This document shows positions 52,636 through 63,169 of a stretch of DNA of 64,000 bases, piece by piece. The first letter of the stretch is position 1, and every line of letters begins with the position of its first letter. A program made the position numbers and the translations under genes. The notes below the pieces were generated by a model. The model had not been told where the DNA came from and made no database searches. It saw only the letters and a program-made list of their open reading frames with translations. Source of the stretch: Candidatus Latescibacterota bacterium (GTDB lineage Bacteria; Krumholzibacteriota; Krumholzibacteriia; WVZY01; JAKEHA01); the NCBI GenBank assembly GCA_963707635.1, contig OY970173.1:1312001-1376000 (forward strand), read 5' to 3'.

Positions 52636-53622
52636 ATGGTTCAATTCCTCGCCCGTCGCGCGTTCCATGCCCTCATCCTCGTCGCGATCACGCTGACGAT
52701 CACCTTCGTCGTCCTCCACCTCGCGCCCGGCGATCCGGTCGCGCGCTACGTCCAGCCCGACGTCGATCCGGCCGACCTCGCGCATATCCGTCACTCGCTC
52801 GGCCTCGACGACCCGATCCACGTGCAGTATTTCCACTGGGCGAAGAGTTTCCTCTCCGGCGACTTCGGGATGAGCTTCGCGCACCACCGGCCGGTCCGGG
52901 ATCTCCTCGCCGAGACCATTCCCCGCACGCTGCTCCTGACCACGCTGGCGCTCGGCGTCCAGATGCTGCTCGGGGTATGGATCGGCGGGATCGCCGCGCG
53001 CCATCGCCAGCGGGCTGCCGATCACGCGCTCTCGGGTGTGGTGGTCGCCCTGTACGCCTTGCCGCCGTTCTACCTCGCGTACCTGCTCATCACCTGGTTT
53101 GCCATCGACCGCGCGTGGCTCCCGACGGCGGGGATGGCGACACCGGGACTGGACGCGCACGGCTGGGCGTATCTCGCGGATCGCGCACGCCACCTGGTCC
53201 TCCCCGTCTGCGTGCTCGGGGTGGGCAGCGCGGCCGGGTTCGCGCGTTTCACGCGCGGGAGTCTGGTGGACGCGCTCGCGGACGACTACGCGCGCACCGC
53301 GCGCGCGAAAGGTGTCCCCGAGGGACGGGTGGTGTGGCGCCATGCGTTTCGCAACGCGCTGCCGCCGCTCTTCACCGTCGCGGGCTTGAGCGCGCCGTTC
53401 CTGCTCGGCGGTGCCGTGGTCATCGAGACCGTGTTCGCGTGGCCGGGGATGGGATCGCTGATGGTCGACTCGATCGGCTCGCGCGACTACCCGGTGGTGC
53501 TGGCCGTCAATTTCATCGCGGCGTGCCTGGTCATCGCCGGCAATTTTCTGGCGGACGCGGCGAGTGCGTGGGCGGATCCACGCGGCCGGCCCTCCGCCTC
53601 ATCCACACGGTGGGAGCGATGA
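52636..53622 (+). CDS. Oligopeptide/dipeptide-type ABC permease (OppB/DppB-like)
   Basis: APGDP, GDFGMS, EAA-like DYARTARAKG, GAVVIETVFAWPGMG, RDYPVV. Confidence 0.92.
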   Translation: MVQFLARRAFHALILVAITLTITFVVLHLAPGDPVARYVQPDVDPADLAHIRHSLGLDDPIHVQYFHWAKSFLSGDFGMSFAHHRPVRDLLAETIPRTLLLTTLALGVQMLLGVWIGGIAARHRQRAADHALSGVVVALYALPPFYLAYLLITWFAIDRAWLPTAGMATPGLDAHGWAYLADRARHLVLPVCVLGVGSAAGFARFTRGSLVDALADDYARTARAKGVPEGRVVWRHAFRNALPPLFTVAGLSAPFLLGGAVVIETVFAWPGMGSLMVDSIGSRDYPVVLAVNFIAACLVIAGNFLADAASAWADPRGRPSASSTRWER

Positions 53623-54704
53623 CGCCCGCCCCGAATGCGGCGCCGCCCGCGTGGCGCGCCTGGATCCCGTTCGCCACCGCGGACGGGCGCCGCGGCGCCG
53701 GCGCCGTGTTCGCGGGCGCCGCGGTGCTCTACGCCGCGGTCGCCGTCGCGCGTGCCGGCCACTGGTCCGACCTCTCGCGAGCCGACGCCACCACGGCGGT
53801 CGCGTTCGGCCTGCTCCTGATCGCCGGGTCCGCCGCCACCGTGCGCATCACGCGCTGGGACATGAGGCGGGTGCGGCGCCGTCTGGGCGCGAACCGCGCC
53901 GCCATCGCCGGCCTCGCGATTCTGATCGCGATGGCGAGCCTCGCGGTGCTGGCACCGCTGGTCAGCGGCGACCCGTCGCAGATGGGATCGCCGTCGCGCG
54001 ATCGTTACCAGGCGCCCGGTGGCGACCACGTGCTGGGGACGGATCGCTTCGGCCGCGACGTGTGGTCGCGCGTCGCGCACGGCGCGCGCGCGTCGCTGGC
54101 GCTCAGCGCGTTGTCGGTGACGCTCGCGGTGGCGTTCGGCACATGGGTCGGGGCGCTGGCCGGGATCGCACCGGCGCGGACGGACGACGTGATCATGCGC
54201 GGGGTGGACGGGATGCTTTCGTTTCCGCGCCTCCTGTTGCTCTTGACGGTGGTGGCGCTTGCGCCGCCCGGACTCATGACGCTCGGGCTCGCCGTCGCAG
54301 CGACGGGATGGATGGGGGTCTCGCGCATCGTGCGCGGAGAAGTACGCCGGATGCGCTCGCGCGAATTCGTCGACGCGGCCATCGCCACCGGCGTGGGACG
54401 CGCGCGCCTGGTCGCCCGGCATCTCCTGCCGAACGCGGTCGGGCACGTGATCGTGGCGGCGACGCTCAACGCCGGCACGGTGATCCTGCTCGAGTCCTCG
54501 CTATCGTTCCTGGGACTCGGGGTGCAGCCGCCGACGCCGAGCTGGGGATCGATGATCTTCGAGGGGCGGGAAGCGCTTGCGACGGCGTGGTGGGTGAGCG
54601 CATTCCCCGCCCTCGCCGTGACGGTGTCCGTTCTCGGGTTGAACCTGCTCGGCGACGGGCTGCGCGATTCTCTGGACGCGCGCGTGTCCGTTCCGGCGCG
54701 CTAG
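53619..54704 (+). CDS. Oligopeptide/dipeptide-type ABC permease (OppC/DppC-like)
   Basis: LGTDRFGRDV, EFVDAA, HLLPN, ESSLSFLGLG, PSWG, LLGDGLRD. ATGA overlap with the upstream gene. Confidence 0.92.
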   Translation: MTPAPNAAPPAWRAWIPFATADGRRGAGAVFAGAAVLYAAVAVARAGHWSDLSRADATTAVAFGLLLIAGSAATVRITRWDMRRVRRRLGANRAAIAGLAILIAMASLAVLAPLVSGDPSQMGSPSRDRYQAPGGDHVLGTDRFGRDVWSRVAHGARASLALSALSVTLAVAFGTWVGALAGIAPARTDDVIMRGVDGMLSFPRLLLLLTVVALAPPGLMTLGLAVAATGWMGVSRIVRGEVRRMRSREFVDAAIATGVGRARLVARHLLPNAVGHVIVAATLNAGTVILLESSLSFLGLGVQPPTPSWGSMIFEGREALATAWWVSAFPALAVTVSVLGLNLLGDGLRDSLDARVSVPAR

Positions 54705-54883
54705 CGTTCGAAACGGATGGGGCGCCGGTTCGACACCCAACGTAACTTCCTGCTTGGGAACAATATCGGCGGCTCATTCCGGGGTTGGGTTGGCGTCCTT
54801 CTTGCTCGTTTCCCGGGTTCGTTCTCCCAACGACCAGGAAGGGTTTGCCGGCTGCAATGGTTCGGACGTACGATTCCCAGATC

Positions 54884-55915
54884 ATGAATCCGCGTGAACA
54901 GGCGCAATCCGACGAGGAACTGCCGCGCTTGCGGACGTCCACGGATCCGCTGCTCGACGTCCACGACTTGAGCGTCAGCTTCGACACGCCGGAAGGCCGG
55001 GCGCGCGCCGTCGACTCGGTCAGCTTTTCGATACAGCCCGGGGAGACCCTGGGCCTGGTCGGCGAGAGCGGTTGCGGCAAGACCGTGAGCGCGCTGGCAC
55101 TCATGCGGTTGATCCAGACGCCGCCCGGCCGCATCGACGGAGGCCAGATACTTTTCAAGGGCTGCGACCTCCTCAAACTTCCCGAGCGCGAGATGCGCCG
55201 GATCCGCGGCAACGAGATCTCCATGGTGTTCCAGGAGCCGATGACCAGCTTGAACCCGGTCTTCACCTGCGGGTATCAGGTCGAGGAAGCGGTGCTCCTG
55301 CACCAGAAAGTGGGGAAGCGCGAAGCGAGCGAGCGCACCATCGAGATGCTCGCGCTGGTGAAGATCCCGGATCCCAGGCGCGTGGCGAAGTCGTACCCGC
55401 ACCAGCTTTCCGGCGGGATGCGCCAGCGGGTGATGATCGCGATGGCGCTCTCGTGCAACCCGAGTCTCCTGATCGCCGACGAGCCGACCACGGCGCTCGA
55501 CGTCACGATTCAGGCCCAGATCATCGACCTGCTGCTGTCGCTGCAGGAACAGTTCGGCATGGCGATCCTCATGATCACGCACGACCTCGGGGTGATCGCG
55601 GAGACGTGCCGTCGCGTGGTCGTGATGTATGCGGGGAAGGTGATGGAAGTGGCGAGCGTCAACGACCTGTTCAAGAACGCCCGTCACCCGTACACCATGG
55701 GATTGCGCGAGTCGATTCCGCGTTTCGCCGTCAAGGGCGAGCGCCTGCGCGTGATTCCCGGCAAGGTTCCGGACCCGCTCGACTTCCCCCGCGGGTGCCG
55801 ATTCTCCGACCGCTGCAAGTACGCGGAGTATCGGTGCGACAACGAGGACGTCGAGATCCGGGAGGTGGCGCCGGGCCACACGATCCGCTGCTGGAAGAAC
55901 GTGCACCATGACTAG
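54884..55915 (+). CDS. Oligopeptide ABC ATP-binding protein (OppD-like); start approximate
   Basis: [35 protein letters not shown]-terminal Cys cluster. Confidence 0.92.
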   Translation: MNPREQAQSDEELPRLRTSTDPLLDVHDLSVSFDTPEGRARAVDSVSFSIQPGETLGLVGESGCGKTVSALALMRLIQTPPGRIDGGQILFKGCDLLKLPEREMRRIRGNEISMVFQEPMTSLNPVFTCGYQVEEAVLLHQKVGKREASERTIEMLALVKIPDPRRVAKSYPHQLSGGMRQRVMIAMALSCNPSLLIADEPTTALDVTIQAQIIDLLLSLQEQFGMAILMITHDLGVIAETCRRVVVMYAGKVMEVASVNDLFKNARHPYTMGLRESIPRFAVKGERLRVIPGKVPDPLDFPRGCRFSDRCKYAEYRCDNEDVEIREVAPGHTIRCWKNVHHD

Positions 55916-56927
55916 CACCCAGGCGGAAACCGTCAAGGAGCGCGAGACGCCGGCGCGGGGCGACGCGCTGTTGCGCGTGGAGAATCTTGCCAAACACTTT
56001 CCCATCCGGCGGGGCGTGCTTTCTCGAATCGTGGGCTGGGTTCGTGCGGTCGACGGGGTGAGCTTCGAAGTCCGCCGCGGAGAAACCCTCGGGCTGGTCG
56101 GAGAGAGCGGTTGCGGCAAGACCACGCTCGCGCGGGTGATCCTGCGCCTCGCCGAGGCGACCTCCGGTCAGGTGTTCTTCGACAGCATCTCGGTCCTCGA
56201 TCTCGACGCCAACGAGATGCGCAAGCTTCGCAAGCGCATGCAGATCATCTTTCAGGACCCGTACGGCTCGCTCAATCCGCGCCTGACGGTCGGAAGCATG
56301 ATCGCGGAAGCCATCAAGATTCATCGTCTGGCGGTCGGCGAGGCCCTGCGCGCGCGTGTGGCCGAGCTGCTCGATCGCGTGGGCATCCCCGCGGAGTACA
56401 TGAACCGCTACCCGCACGAGTTCTCGGGCGGTCAACGGCAGCGCATCGGCATCGCGCGCGCCCTGGCCGTCAACCCGGACCTCGTCATTGCGGACGAACC
56501 GGTGAGCGCGCTCGACGTTTCGATCCAGGCGCAGATCATCAACCTGTTGAAGGATCTGCAGGACGCGCTGGGGCTGACGTATCTTTTCATCGCTCACGAT
56601 CTCGGCGTGGTCGAGTACATCAGCGATCGCGTGGCGGTCATGTACCTGGGGCGCATCGTCGAGCTGGCGGACACGCCCGACCTCTACCGCCACCCGCTCC
56701 ACCCGTACACCCAGGCGCTCCTGAGCGCGGTGCCCAGCCTCGACCCGGGAGTTCGGCGATCCCGAATCCTCCTCCCGGGAGACGTCCCCAGCCCGGCGGA
56801 TGTTCCACGCGGCTGTGCGTTCCACACCCGTTGTCCCCACGCGATGGCCATCTGTCGCGAGCAGACCCCGGAGTTCAAGGAAGTGGAACCCGGACATCGG
56901 ACCGCCTGCTGGCTCTATGAAAAATAG
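55908..56927 (+). CDS. Oligopeptide ABC ATP-binding protein (OppF-like)
   Basis: [42 protein letters not shown]...C...C. Confidence 0.93.
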   Translation: MTSTQAETVKERETPARGDALLRVENLAKHFPIRRGVLSRIVGWVRAVDGVSFEVRRGETLGLVGESGCGKTTLARVILRLAEATSGQVFFDSISVLDLDANEMRKLRKRMQIIFQDPYGSLNPRLTVGSMIAEAIKIHRLAVGEALRARVAELLDRVGIPAEYMNRYPHEFSGGQRQRIGIARALAVNPDLVIADEPVSALDVSIQAQIINLLKDLQDALGLTYLFIAHDLGVVEYISDRVAVMYLGRIVELADTPDLYRHPLHPYTQALLSAVPSLDPGVRRSRILLPGDVPSPADVPRGCAFHTRCPHAMAICREQTPEFKEVEPGHRTACWLYEK

Positions 56928-57055
56928 CGGCGGCACTCTTTCGAGTGGTGGGGTTGACGGAAACGAACCTCCTGAACATACTGATCCTTGCTTCCACTGC
57001 TGGAGCACCCTCCCCCAAGTTTCCCACGGGCCGCGCACACGGTCAGTGTGGTACC

Positions 57056-57084
57056 AGAGCCCTGGGCCTTCCCCGGGCTCTTTT
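57056..57084 (+). terminator. Possible intrinsic terminator
   Basis: AGAGCCC-T-GGG loop CCC-C-GGGCTCT followed by TTT. Confidence 0.55.
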
Positions 57085-57214
57085 CGCGGGCTCTGCCTGA
57101 CGGCGAGCCGCTAGCGCCCGTCGGCCGGCTTCTCTAAGCGGTTTTTTGACAATCCCTTAATCTCGTCCCCCGGTGCGAGCCCCGGCGGTAAGGGATTGTC
57201 GCTATTGAGTGCCA

Positions 57215-57243
57215 TTGACACGCCGCCGGTCCGGGGCTATATT
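57215..57243 (+). promoter_or_regulatory. Sigma70 promoter upstream of TonB-dependent receptor cluster
   Basis: TTGACA-N17-TATATT, near consensus. Confidence 0.7.
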
Positions 57244-57426
57244 GACGCCGAAGTCTGTTATATTGCTGGCATTGCAGAAATTGCTTGTGCTAGATTAACC
57301 CCACCTTGATCGAAGCCTTGCGGCGGACTAGGCCGCCGCAGAGGTTGTCCCCACCACAACAGATTAACGCCGGAATTGACACGGGACCCGTGGTTCGCGT
57401 GTCGGTGACTCGAAAGGGGTTCGCGA

Positions 57427-60400
57427 ATGTTCCCACGTGACTGCCGGGGGGCGATCATCCTCACATTCGCTTTATTGCTCCTGGGTCTTTTCGCCTCGAT
57501 CGCCGCCGCTCAAACGGGGACCATCACGGGAACCATCACCGCGGACGACGGCAAACCGCTCGCCTACGCCAACGTCGTCATCGTGGGAAGCACCATGGGT
57601 GCGATGAGTCTCTCCGATGGCAAGTTCACCATCGTCGGCGTGCCGGCGGGAACGCACACGGTTCGCGCCATGATGATGGGTTACAAGAAGACCGAGAAGA
57701 CGGGCGTGGTGGTCAACGCCGGGCAAGAGACCGTCGTGTCCTTCAAGATGGAAACCCAGGTCGTCCTCAAGACGCAGGAAATCACGGTGGTCGGCGAGAA
57801 GGCGATGGTCGAGGTCACGGAGTCGAAGACGGCCGCGAACGTATCCGAGAAGCAGCTGCAGGAAATGCCGGTGGACGACGTCCTGGAAGCGGTCGGCTTG
57901 AAAGCGGGCATCGTGAAAACGGGCGACGACATGCACGTTCGCGGCGGCCGCGGCGGTGAGGTGCAGATCCAGATCGACGGGGTGCCGGTGTCGGATCCGC
58001 TGGGCGGTTCATCGGTGGACGTGGGAATGCTGGGCACGTCGGGCTCGGAAATAGTCTCGGGCGGCATGGACGCAGAGTACGGCGACGCGCAGTCAGCGGT
58101 CATCAACATCGCCACCAAGGAGGGCGGGCGTCGATTCGCGGGCGAGTTCCGGTATTTCACCGACGATTTTGGACGACAGGACAAGACCTACACGAACTTC
58201 GACCGCATGAGCCTCGGGTTCGGCGGGCCGACGTGGTGGAAGAATCTTCGCTACTACGTGTCCGGCGAGGCGACGTGGAGCGACACCGAGAACGCGACCA
58301 TCGAGCCGCGCCCGGAGCACAAGATCACGGATTTCCTGAAGTTCCGCCAGCGCCAGACCGCGTCGTACAACGCGCAGGGGAAGCTGACGTACAACATGAC
58401 GCGCATGAAGGTGGACGGAGAAGCGATCTACTCGACGGCGCGGTCGGACGCGTACTACAACAACTGGAATATCGAAGGCTACGTGGGGAAGGTGTGGTAC
58501 TTCCAGGGCCTGTCGTACGCGGTCGCGCCGGAGCCGGGCCAGCCGGAGATAATGGAATTCAGCCGGCTACTCGTGTTCAACAACGGGCCGTGGGCGGAGA
58601 TCACGGACCCGGCCCAGCAGCAGCGGCAGCTGAACATTCGGCCGATCATTGTCCAGGACCTGGTGACGAACGAGGACGGGACCCAGAGCGTGGTGACCTA
58701 CGAGAACTTCCGGGCGGCGGACTTGCGCGACGGCAACGCGGTGTCGACGGTGTTGTGGGACGAGGCGATCAAGTCGAGCGACGGGTCGATCCTGTACTAC
58801 AAGCCGTGGGCGTTGTTCGAGGGCTTCCAGCGCCAGTTCAGCGACTTCAAGCCGTTCCTCGACGATCCCAACGGCGCCGACTCGTCATTCGTGGCGTTCA
58901 ACTCGGCGATGAACACGCCGGAGGCGCAGACCAACAACCTGCAGTTGAAGTTCGGGTTCAACCATCAGATAAACACCAAGCTGTTGTATTCGATCAAACT
59001 CTCGCGGCTGGATCTGCGCACCAAGACCTCGGTGCTGGACGCCGAGGGCAACCAGAAGGACCCGGCGGCCTTCTCGTCGGCGGGCTTGCCGGTGACGCTG
59101 CCGGACGGGACCTACCTGTCGGGCGGGGTGACGACGGCATCGTGGTACACGGACGACGTGTACCCCTATTTCGTGACGGCCTACGACTACCCGTTCTACT
59201 CCAACCAGCAGTCGCTGCAGTACCTGATCAAGGGAGACCTGACGTCCGAGCAGGTCCGGGGGCATCGCATCAAGACCGGGGTGCAGCTTCTCTATAATGA
59301 CTTGTCCGACGACGAGCGCGTGTTCCCGGCGCAGCAGCGCACCAACCCCGAGACGGGCATCGTCCAGCAGGGGCTGAACGTGAACAACTACACCAACTTC
59401 AACGCGGAGGGGGCGGTGTACGTTCAGGACAAGTGGGAGTACCAGGGGATGGTGCTCAACGCGGGGATGCGTTACGAGTGGTTCACGGTGGGCAACAACG
59501 ACGAGATCCTGATATCGAACTCGGAGATCGATTCCACGGTGGATGAGTTCAAGTGGAACATGTCGCCGCGACTCGGGGTCGCGTTTCCGATCACCGACCG
59601 CGACAAGTTCTTCTTCCACTACGGGCGATTCACACAGTGGCCCAGCCGCACTTACCTCTTCAAGACGCAGGACCCGGTCGGGTCGCTGGGGACGCTGGGC
59701 AATCCGAACCTGGAGCCGGAACTGACGGTGAGCTACCAGGCCGGCATTTCGCACCAATTCACCGACGACATCGCGGGCAACTTCGTGGTCTTCAACAAGG
59801 ACATCTACGGACTGATCTCGTCTACGCAGGTGACGGACGACTCGACGGGTATTCAGGCCTACCGGTTCATCAACCGCACGTATGCGAGCTCGCGAGGCCT
59901 GGAGGTCTCGCTGGAGAAGCGGTTGACACGGCGGCTGGGCTTCGAGGTGTACTATACTTACTCGTTCGCGGACGGTGTGGCCAGCGACGCGGACTTCGGG
60001 CGTTCGGCGGAGGGGCTGACTCACCTGCCGACGGAAGAGCTCCCGCTCGACTGGGACCAGCGCCACACGTTCAACGTGACCCTGCGGTTGCAGGACCGCA
60101 ACAAGTGGGGCGTGACGGCGATCTACTCGTACGGATCGGGGCTGCCGTGGACGCCGGTGGATCGATTCGCGCGCCTGCAGGATCCCGAGGCGGAAAACTC
60201 GTTGCGCCTGGAGCCGACGCACAAGCTTTCGCTGCAGGGGCGCAAGCTCTTCAACGTATACGGGCGTGAGCTGACGCTGTTCTTCGAGGGGCGCAACCTC
60301 CTCGACGACGACATTCTGCTGCCGGGCGGAACGTCGCCGGGCGCGTTTCCGGCCATGGTGGCGGCGACGATGGACGGCGGCTCGTACCTGACCGAGACCG

Positions 60401-60528
60401 GCGAGTACGGCGGCGCGTACCTGCAGGACAACAACGACGATGGGCTGAACGAATTCAACCCGGTGTTCGATCCTACGATCTGGGAAACGCATCGTCTGTG
60501 GCGTCTCGGGCTCGGGTTCGAATTCTAA
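57427..60528 (+). CDS. TonB-dependent outer-membrane receptor with N-terminal carboxypeptidase-regulatory-like domain
   Basis: Signal peptide, GTITGTI..G.PLAYANV, plug HVRGGR...IDGVPV, SPRLGVAFPI, GNPNLEPE, terminal LGLGFEF. Confidence 0.92.
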   Translation: MFPRDCRGAIILTFALLLLGLFASIAAAQTGTITGTITADDGKPLAYANVVIVGSTMGAMSLSDGKFTIVGVPAGTHTVRAMMMGYKKTEKTGVVVNAGQETVVSFKMETQVVLKTQEITVVGEKAMVEVTESKTAANVSEKQLQEMPVDDVLEAVGLKAGIVKTGDDMHVRGGRGGEVQIQIDGVPVSDPLGGSSVDVGMLGTSGSEIVSGGMDAEYGDAQSAVINIATKEGGRRFAGEFRYFTDDFGRQDKTYTNFDRMSLGFGGPTWWKNLRYYVSGEATWSDTENATIEPRPEHKITDFLKFRQRQTASYNAQGKLTYNMTRMKVDGEAIYSTARSDAYYNNWNIEGYVGKVWYFQGLSYAVAPEPGQPEIMEFSRLLVFNNGPWAEITDPAQQQRQLNIRPIIVQDLVTNEDGTQSVVTYENFRAADLRDGNAVSTVLWDEAIKSSDGSILYYKPWALFEGFQRQFSDFKPFLDDPNGADSSFVAFNSAMNTPEAQTNNLQLKFGFNHQINTKLLYSIKLSRLDLRTKTSVLDAEGNQKDPAAFSSAGLPVTLPDGTYLSGGVTTASWYTDDVYPYFVTAYDYPFYSNQQSLQYLIKGDLTSEQVRGHRIKTGVQLLYNDLSDDERVFPAQQRTNPETGIVQQGLNVNNYTNFNAEGAVYVQDKWEYQGMVLNAGMRYEWFTVGNNDEILISNSEIDSTVDEFKWNMSPRLGVAFPITDRDKFFFHYGRFTQWPSRTYLFKTQDPVGSLGTLGNPNLEPELTVSYQAGISHQFTDDIAGNFVVFNKDIYGLISSTQVTDDSTGIQAYRFINRTYASSRGLEVSLEKRLTRRLGFEVYYTYSFADGVASDADFGRSAEGLTHLPTEELPLDWDQRHTFNVTLRLQDRNKWGVTAIYSYGSGLPWTPVDRFARLQDPEAENSLRLEPTHKLSLQGRKLFNVYGRELTLFFEGRNLLDDDILLPGGTSPGAFPAMVAATMDGGSYLTETGEYGGAYLQDNNDDGLNEFNPVFDPTIWETHRLWRLGLGFEF

Positions 60529-60567
60529 ATGCACCGGCGCGCTGGAATCTTTCTGGAGGTTCGAAAC

Positions 60568-61515
60568 GTGAAATCTCAATTCTTGAAGGGCATCGTGGCG
60601 GCATCGCTCGTGGCGGTGATACCGGCGCAGGTGTACGCGACCGAGCCTTTCGCGAAGGTGGGAACGTACGCAATGCAGTTCCTCAAGATCGGCGTATCCG
60701 CGCGCGCGTCCGGCATGGGAAGCGCGTTTACGGCGATCGCCAACGACGCTACCGCCACCTACTGGAACCCGGGCGGACTCGTGGACGTGACCCGCACCGA
60801 CATTTCGCTTTCCTACACGTGGTGGCCGGCGGACATCGCGCTGAACTACGCGGCGGGCGCGTTTACGCTGCCGTTCATCCCGGGCACGTGGGGCGTGAGC
60901 GCGCGGGCGTTGACGATGGATCCGCAGGTGGTCCGCACCATCTTCCTCCCGGACGGGACGGGCGAAACCTTCGATTCGGGCGACATGTCCTTCGGCCTTT
61001 CGTACGCGAAATTCTTCACCGACAAGTTCTCGTCCGGCGCCACCGTCCAATTCGTGCACTCGGGGCTGGCAGACAAGAGCGTGAACGCCTTCGCCATGGA
61101 TTTCGGCCTGGTGTACCGGATCGGTCTCTGGGGCATGCGCCTGGGGATGCTGATCCAGAGCCTCGGCTCCACGGTCAATTACGACGACCGCGAGTCCAAG
61201 ATGCCGATGGTATTCAAGGTCGCGATGGCGGCCACGCCCTACTCGCAGGGAGTCAACAGCGTGCAGGGCGTGTTCGAATTCACGCACCCGTCCGACAACC
61301 AGGAGCGGATCAACCTGGGCGCGGAGTACGGGTTCAACCAGTTCTTCTTCCTGCGCGGCGGGTATGATCTCAACGCCGACTCCGAAGGCCTCGCGGCCGG
61401 CATGGGGTTGCGCATCGACACCAGCCAGACATCGGACCTGACGTTCGATTACGCGTGGTCGGATTTGGGCTTCATGGGCGAAGTGCACCGCATTACACTC
61501 GGGTTCAGTTACTAG
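60568..61515 (+). CDS. PorV/PorQ family outer-membrane beta-barrel protein
   Basis: GGAGG RBS and GTG start. QFLKIGVSARASGMGSAF...DATATYWNPGGL signature, terminal LGFSY. Confidence 0.85.
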   Translation: MKSQFLKGIVAASLVAVIPAQVYATEPFAKVGTYAMQFLKIGVSARASGMGSAFTAIANDATATYWNPGGLVDVTRTDISLSYTWWPADIALNYAAGAFTLPFIPGTWGVSARALTMDPQVVRTIFLPDGTGETFDSGDMSFGLSYAKFFTDKFSSGATVQFVHSGLADKSVNAFAMDFGLVYRIGLWGMRLGMLIQSLGSTVNYDDRESKMPMVFKVAMAATPYSQGVNSVQGVFEFTHPSDNQERINLGAEYGFNQFFFLRGGYDLNADSEGLAAGMGLRIDTSQTSDLTFDYAWSDLGFMGEVHRITLGFSY

Positions 61516-61535
61516 CGCTCACGCGGCGTGTGAAA

Positions 61536-63095
61536 ATGAACAATCCGCGGGTTACCGCTGCGATAGGCGCCCAACGGGGCGCCTATCGTTTCTTCGGCAC
61601 CCTCCTCGTGCTGTGCGCCCTGGCGACGGGGGCGCCGGCCGCCACCCAGGTTGGACGCGGCGACTTCGATTTCTACCTGGATTCGGCGTCGTTTCGCGGG
61701 CGCGACGGGAAGGCGCTGGTCTCCATCCCCATCCGCATCTCCAATTCCGTGCTCAAGCTGAACCAGAAGGGCGCGGTCTGGGAGGGCAACCTCAAGCTCA
61801 ACATCCTCATCGTCGACGACGCCGGCCACGAGCTGGTGAAGAAGACCGAGCGAACCACGTTCACCGAGTCGGACCTGTCGCGGGTGGATAGTCCGGTGGC
61901 GTTTCAACTGCTGATTCGCCAATTCCTGCTCCCGCCGGGTGGGTACTGGCTGTCCTACGTGGTCGAGGACCTGAACGCGCCCAAGATCAGCGTGATCGCG
62001 CTGGCCCGCAAGCAGAACAAGTCGTCGACCGTGCGCACCGCGCGCCTGAACGTGCCGGAGATCCCGGAAGACGAAGCCTCCTTCAGCGACGCCTGGTTTG
62101 TGTGGGACGTGGATCCGCGCGCCGAGGGCGTTCGCAAGTACCGTCCGAACCCGGCCCGCATGTACGGGCTCTACCGCGACACCCTGACGGTCTACCTGGA
62201 GTTGTACCTCCCCGACGAGGTGGCCCGCGCGCACGAGTTCGATTTTCGCACCGAGATCGTCACCCCGATGGGAGAATCCGTGCGCACGACCGAACGTACG
62301 CTGGTGGTGCCTCCACCCGGAGAGGGGAGGACCGCGGTCTACCCGGTGGTGATCCGCGAGGACGTCACCGCGCTGGAGGCGGGGGCGTACACGCTCTACT
62401 TCTCCTTCGGGCTAGAGGGGAATACGCGGGCGCGCGTGCGGGCGGGAGACTTTTCCGTGGCGTGGGACATGCGCACCTGGGAGATCCCGAGGCGCGAGTT
62501 CCTCGCCGAAGCGCGCTTCCTGCTGGGGGACAAGGAATTCAAGACCTTCCAGAGCAAGAGCCCCGGCGAGCAGGAGAGCATGCTCGACGAGCTGTGGAAG
62601 AGATTCGACCCCGTGCCCGAGACCGGGAACAACGAGGCCTACGACGAATTCCTCGTGCGGCTCGCGTTCATCGAGGCTCACTACGCCGAAGGTGGCGTCG
62701 CCATCTACTCCCGGCGTGGGGAGATATACCTTCGCTACGGTCCGCCGGACGAGACCGTGCAGGACGTCATTCCTGTCAACTACGATACGCTCGAGGAGGC
62801 CGAGCAGGTGGTTGAGAATCCATATCACCCGCTCAACATGAGTTCGAGCAGTGCCAAGCTCTACGCTACACCGAAGACCCGGAACTCCATCAGCGCGAGC
62901 GCCAACGCCCGCTACCGATCGGAGGACAATACCGCCGTGCCCTACGAACTGTGGATCTACCAGGCCGGGGGAGCGCCGATCCTGAAGCGGGACGAGGTCC
63001 AGGAGGTCGACATCGGCATGCGCTTCCTCTTTGTTGACAGGGACGGGCACGGACAGTACAAACTCGAACGCAGCTCATCGATCTCGGAAAAGTAG
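61536..63095 (+). CDS. GWxTD domain-containing protein (degenerate motif)
   Basis: Signal peptide. WKRFDPVPETGNNE...RGEIYLRYGPPD...YELWIY...FLFVDRDGHGQY. Confidence 0.8.
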   Translation: MNNPRVTAAIGAQRGAYRFFGTLLVLCALATGAPAATQVGRGDFDFYLDSASFRGRDGKALVSIPIRISNSVLKLNQKGAVWEGNLKLNILIVDDAGHELVKKTERTTFTESDLSRVDSPVAFQLLIRQFLLPPGGYWLSYVVEDLNAPKISVIALARKQNKSSTVRTARLNVPEIPEDEASFSDAWFVWDVDPRAEGVRKYRPNPARMYGLYRDTLTVYLELYLPDEVARAHEFDFRTEIVTPMGESVRTTERTLVVPPPGEGRTAVYPVVIREDVTALEAGAYTLYFSFGLEGNTRARVRAGDFSVAWDMRTWEIPRREFLAEARFLLGDKEFKTFQSKSPGEQESMLDELWKRFDPVPETGNNEAYDEFLVRLAFIEAHYAEGGVAIYSRRGEIYLRYGPPDETVQDVIPVNYDTLEEAEQVVENPYHPLNMSSSSAKLYATPKTRNSISASANARYRSEDNTAVPYELWIYQAGGAPILKRDEVQEVDIGMRFLFVDRDGHGQYKLERSSSISEK

Positions 63096-63169
63096 ATCGG
63101 GCGGGAGCGGCGTTCTCCACGAATCCCCCCGCAACCCTACCACCACTGGCCGGCAAGGAGCGTCTTGCG

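Noticed and set aside
54705..54883. tRNA or ncRNA in the oppC-oppD gap (GGTTCGAC; CTTCCTG/CAGGAAG and TTGGGA/TCCCAA pairing)
   Set aside because: No cloverleaf can be built. The pairing is short and single-copy, so I cannot distinguish it from chance.
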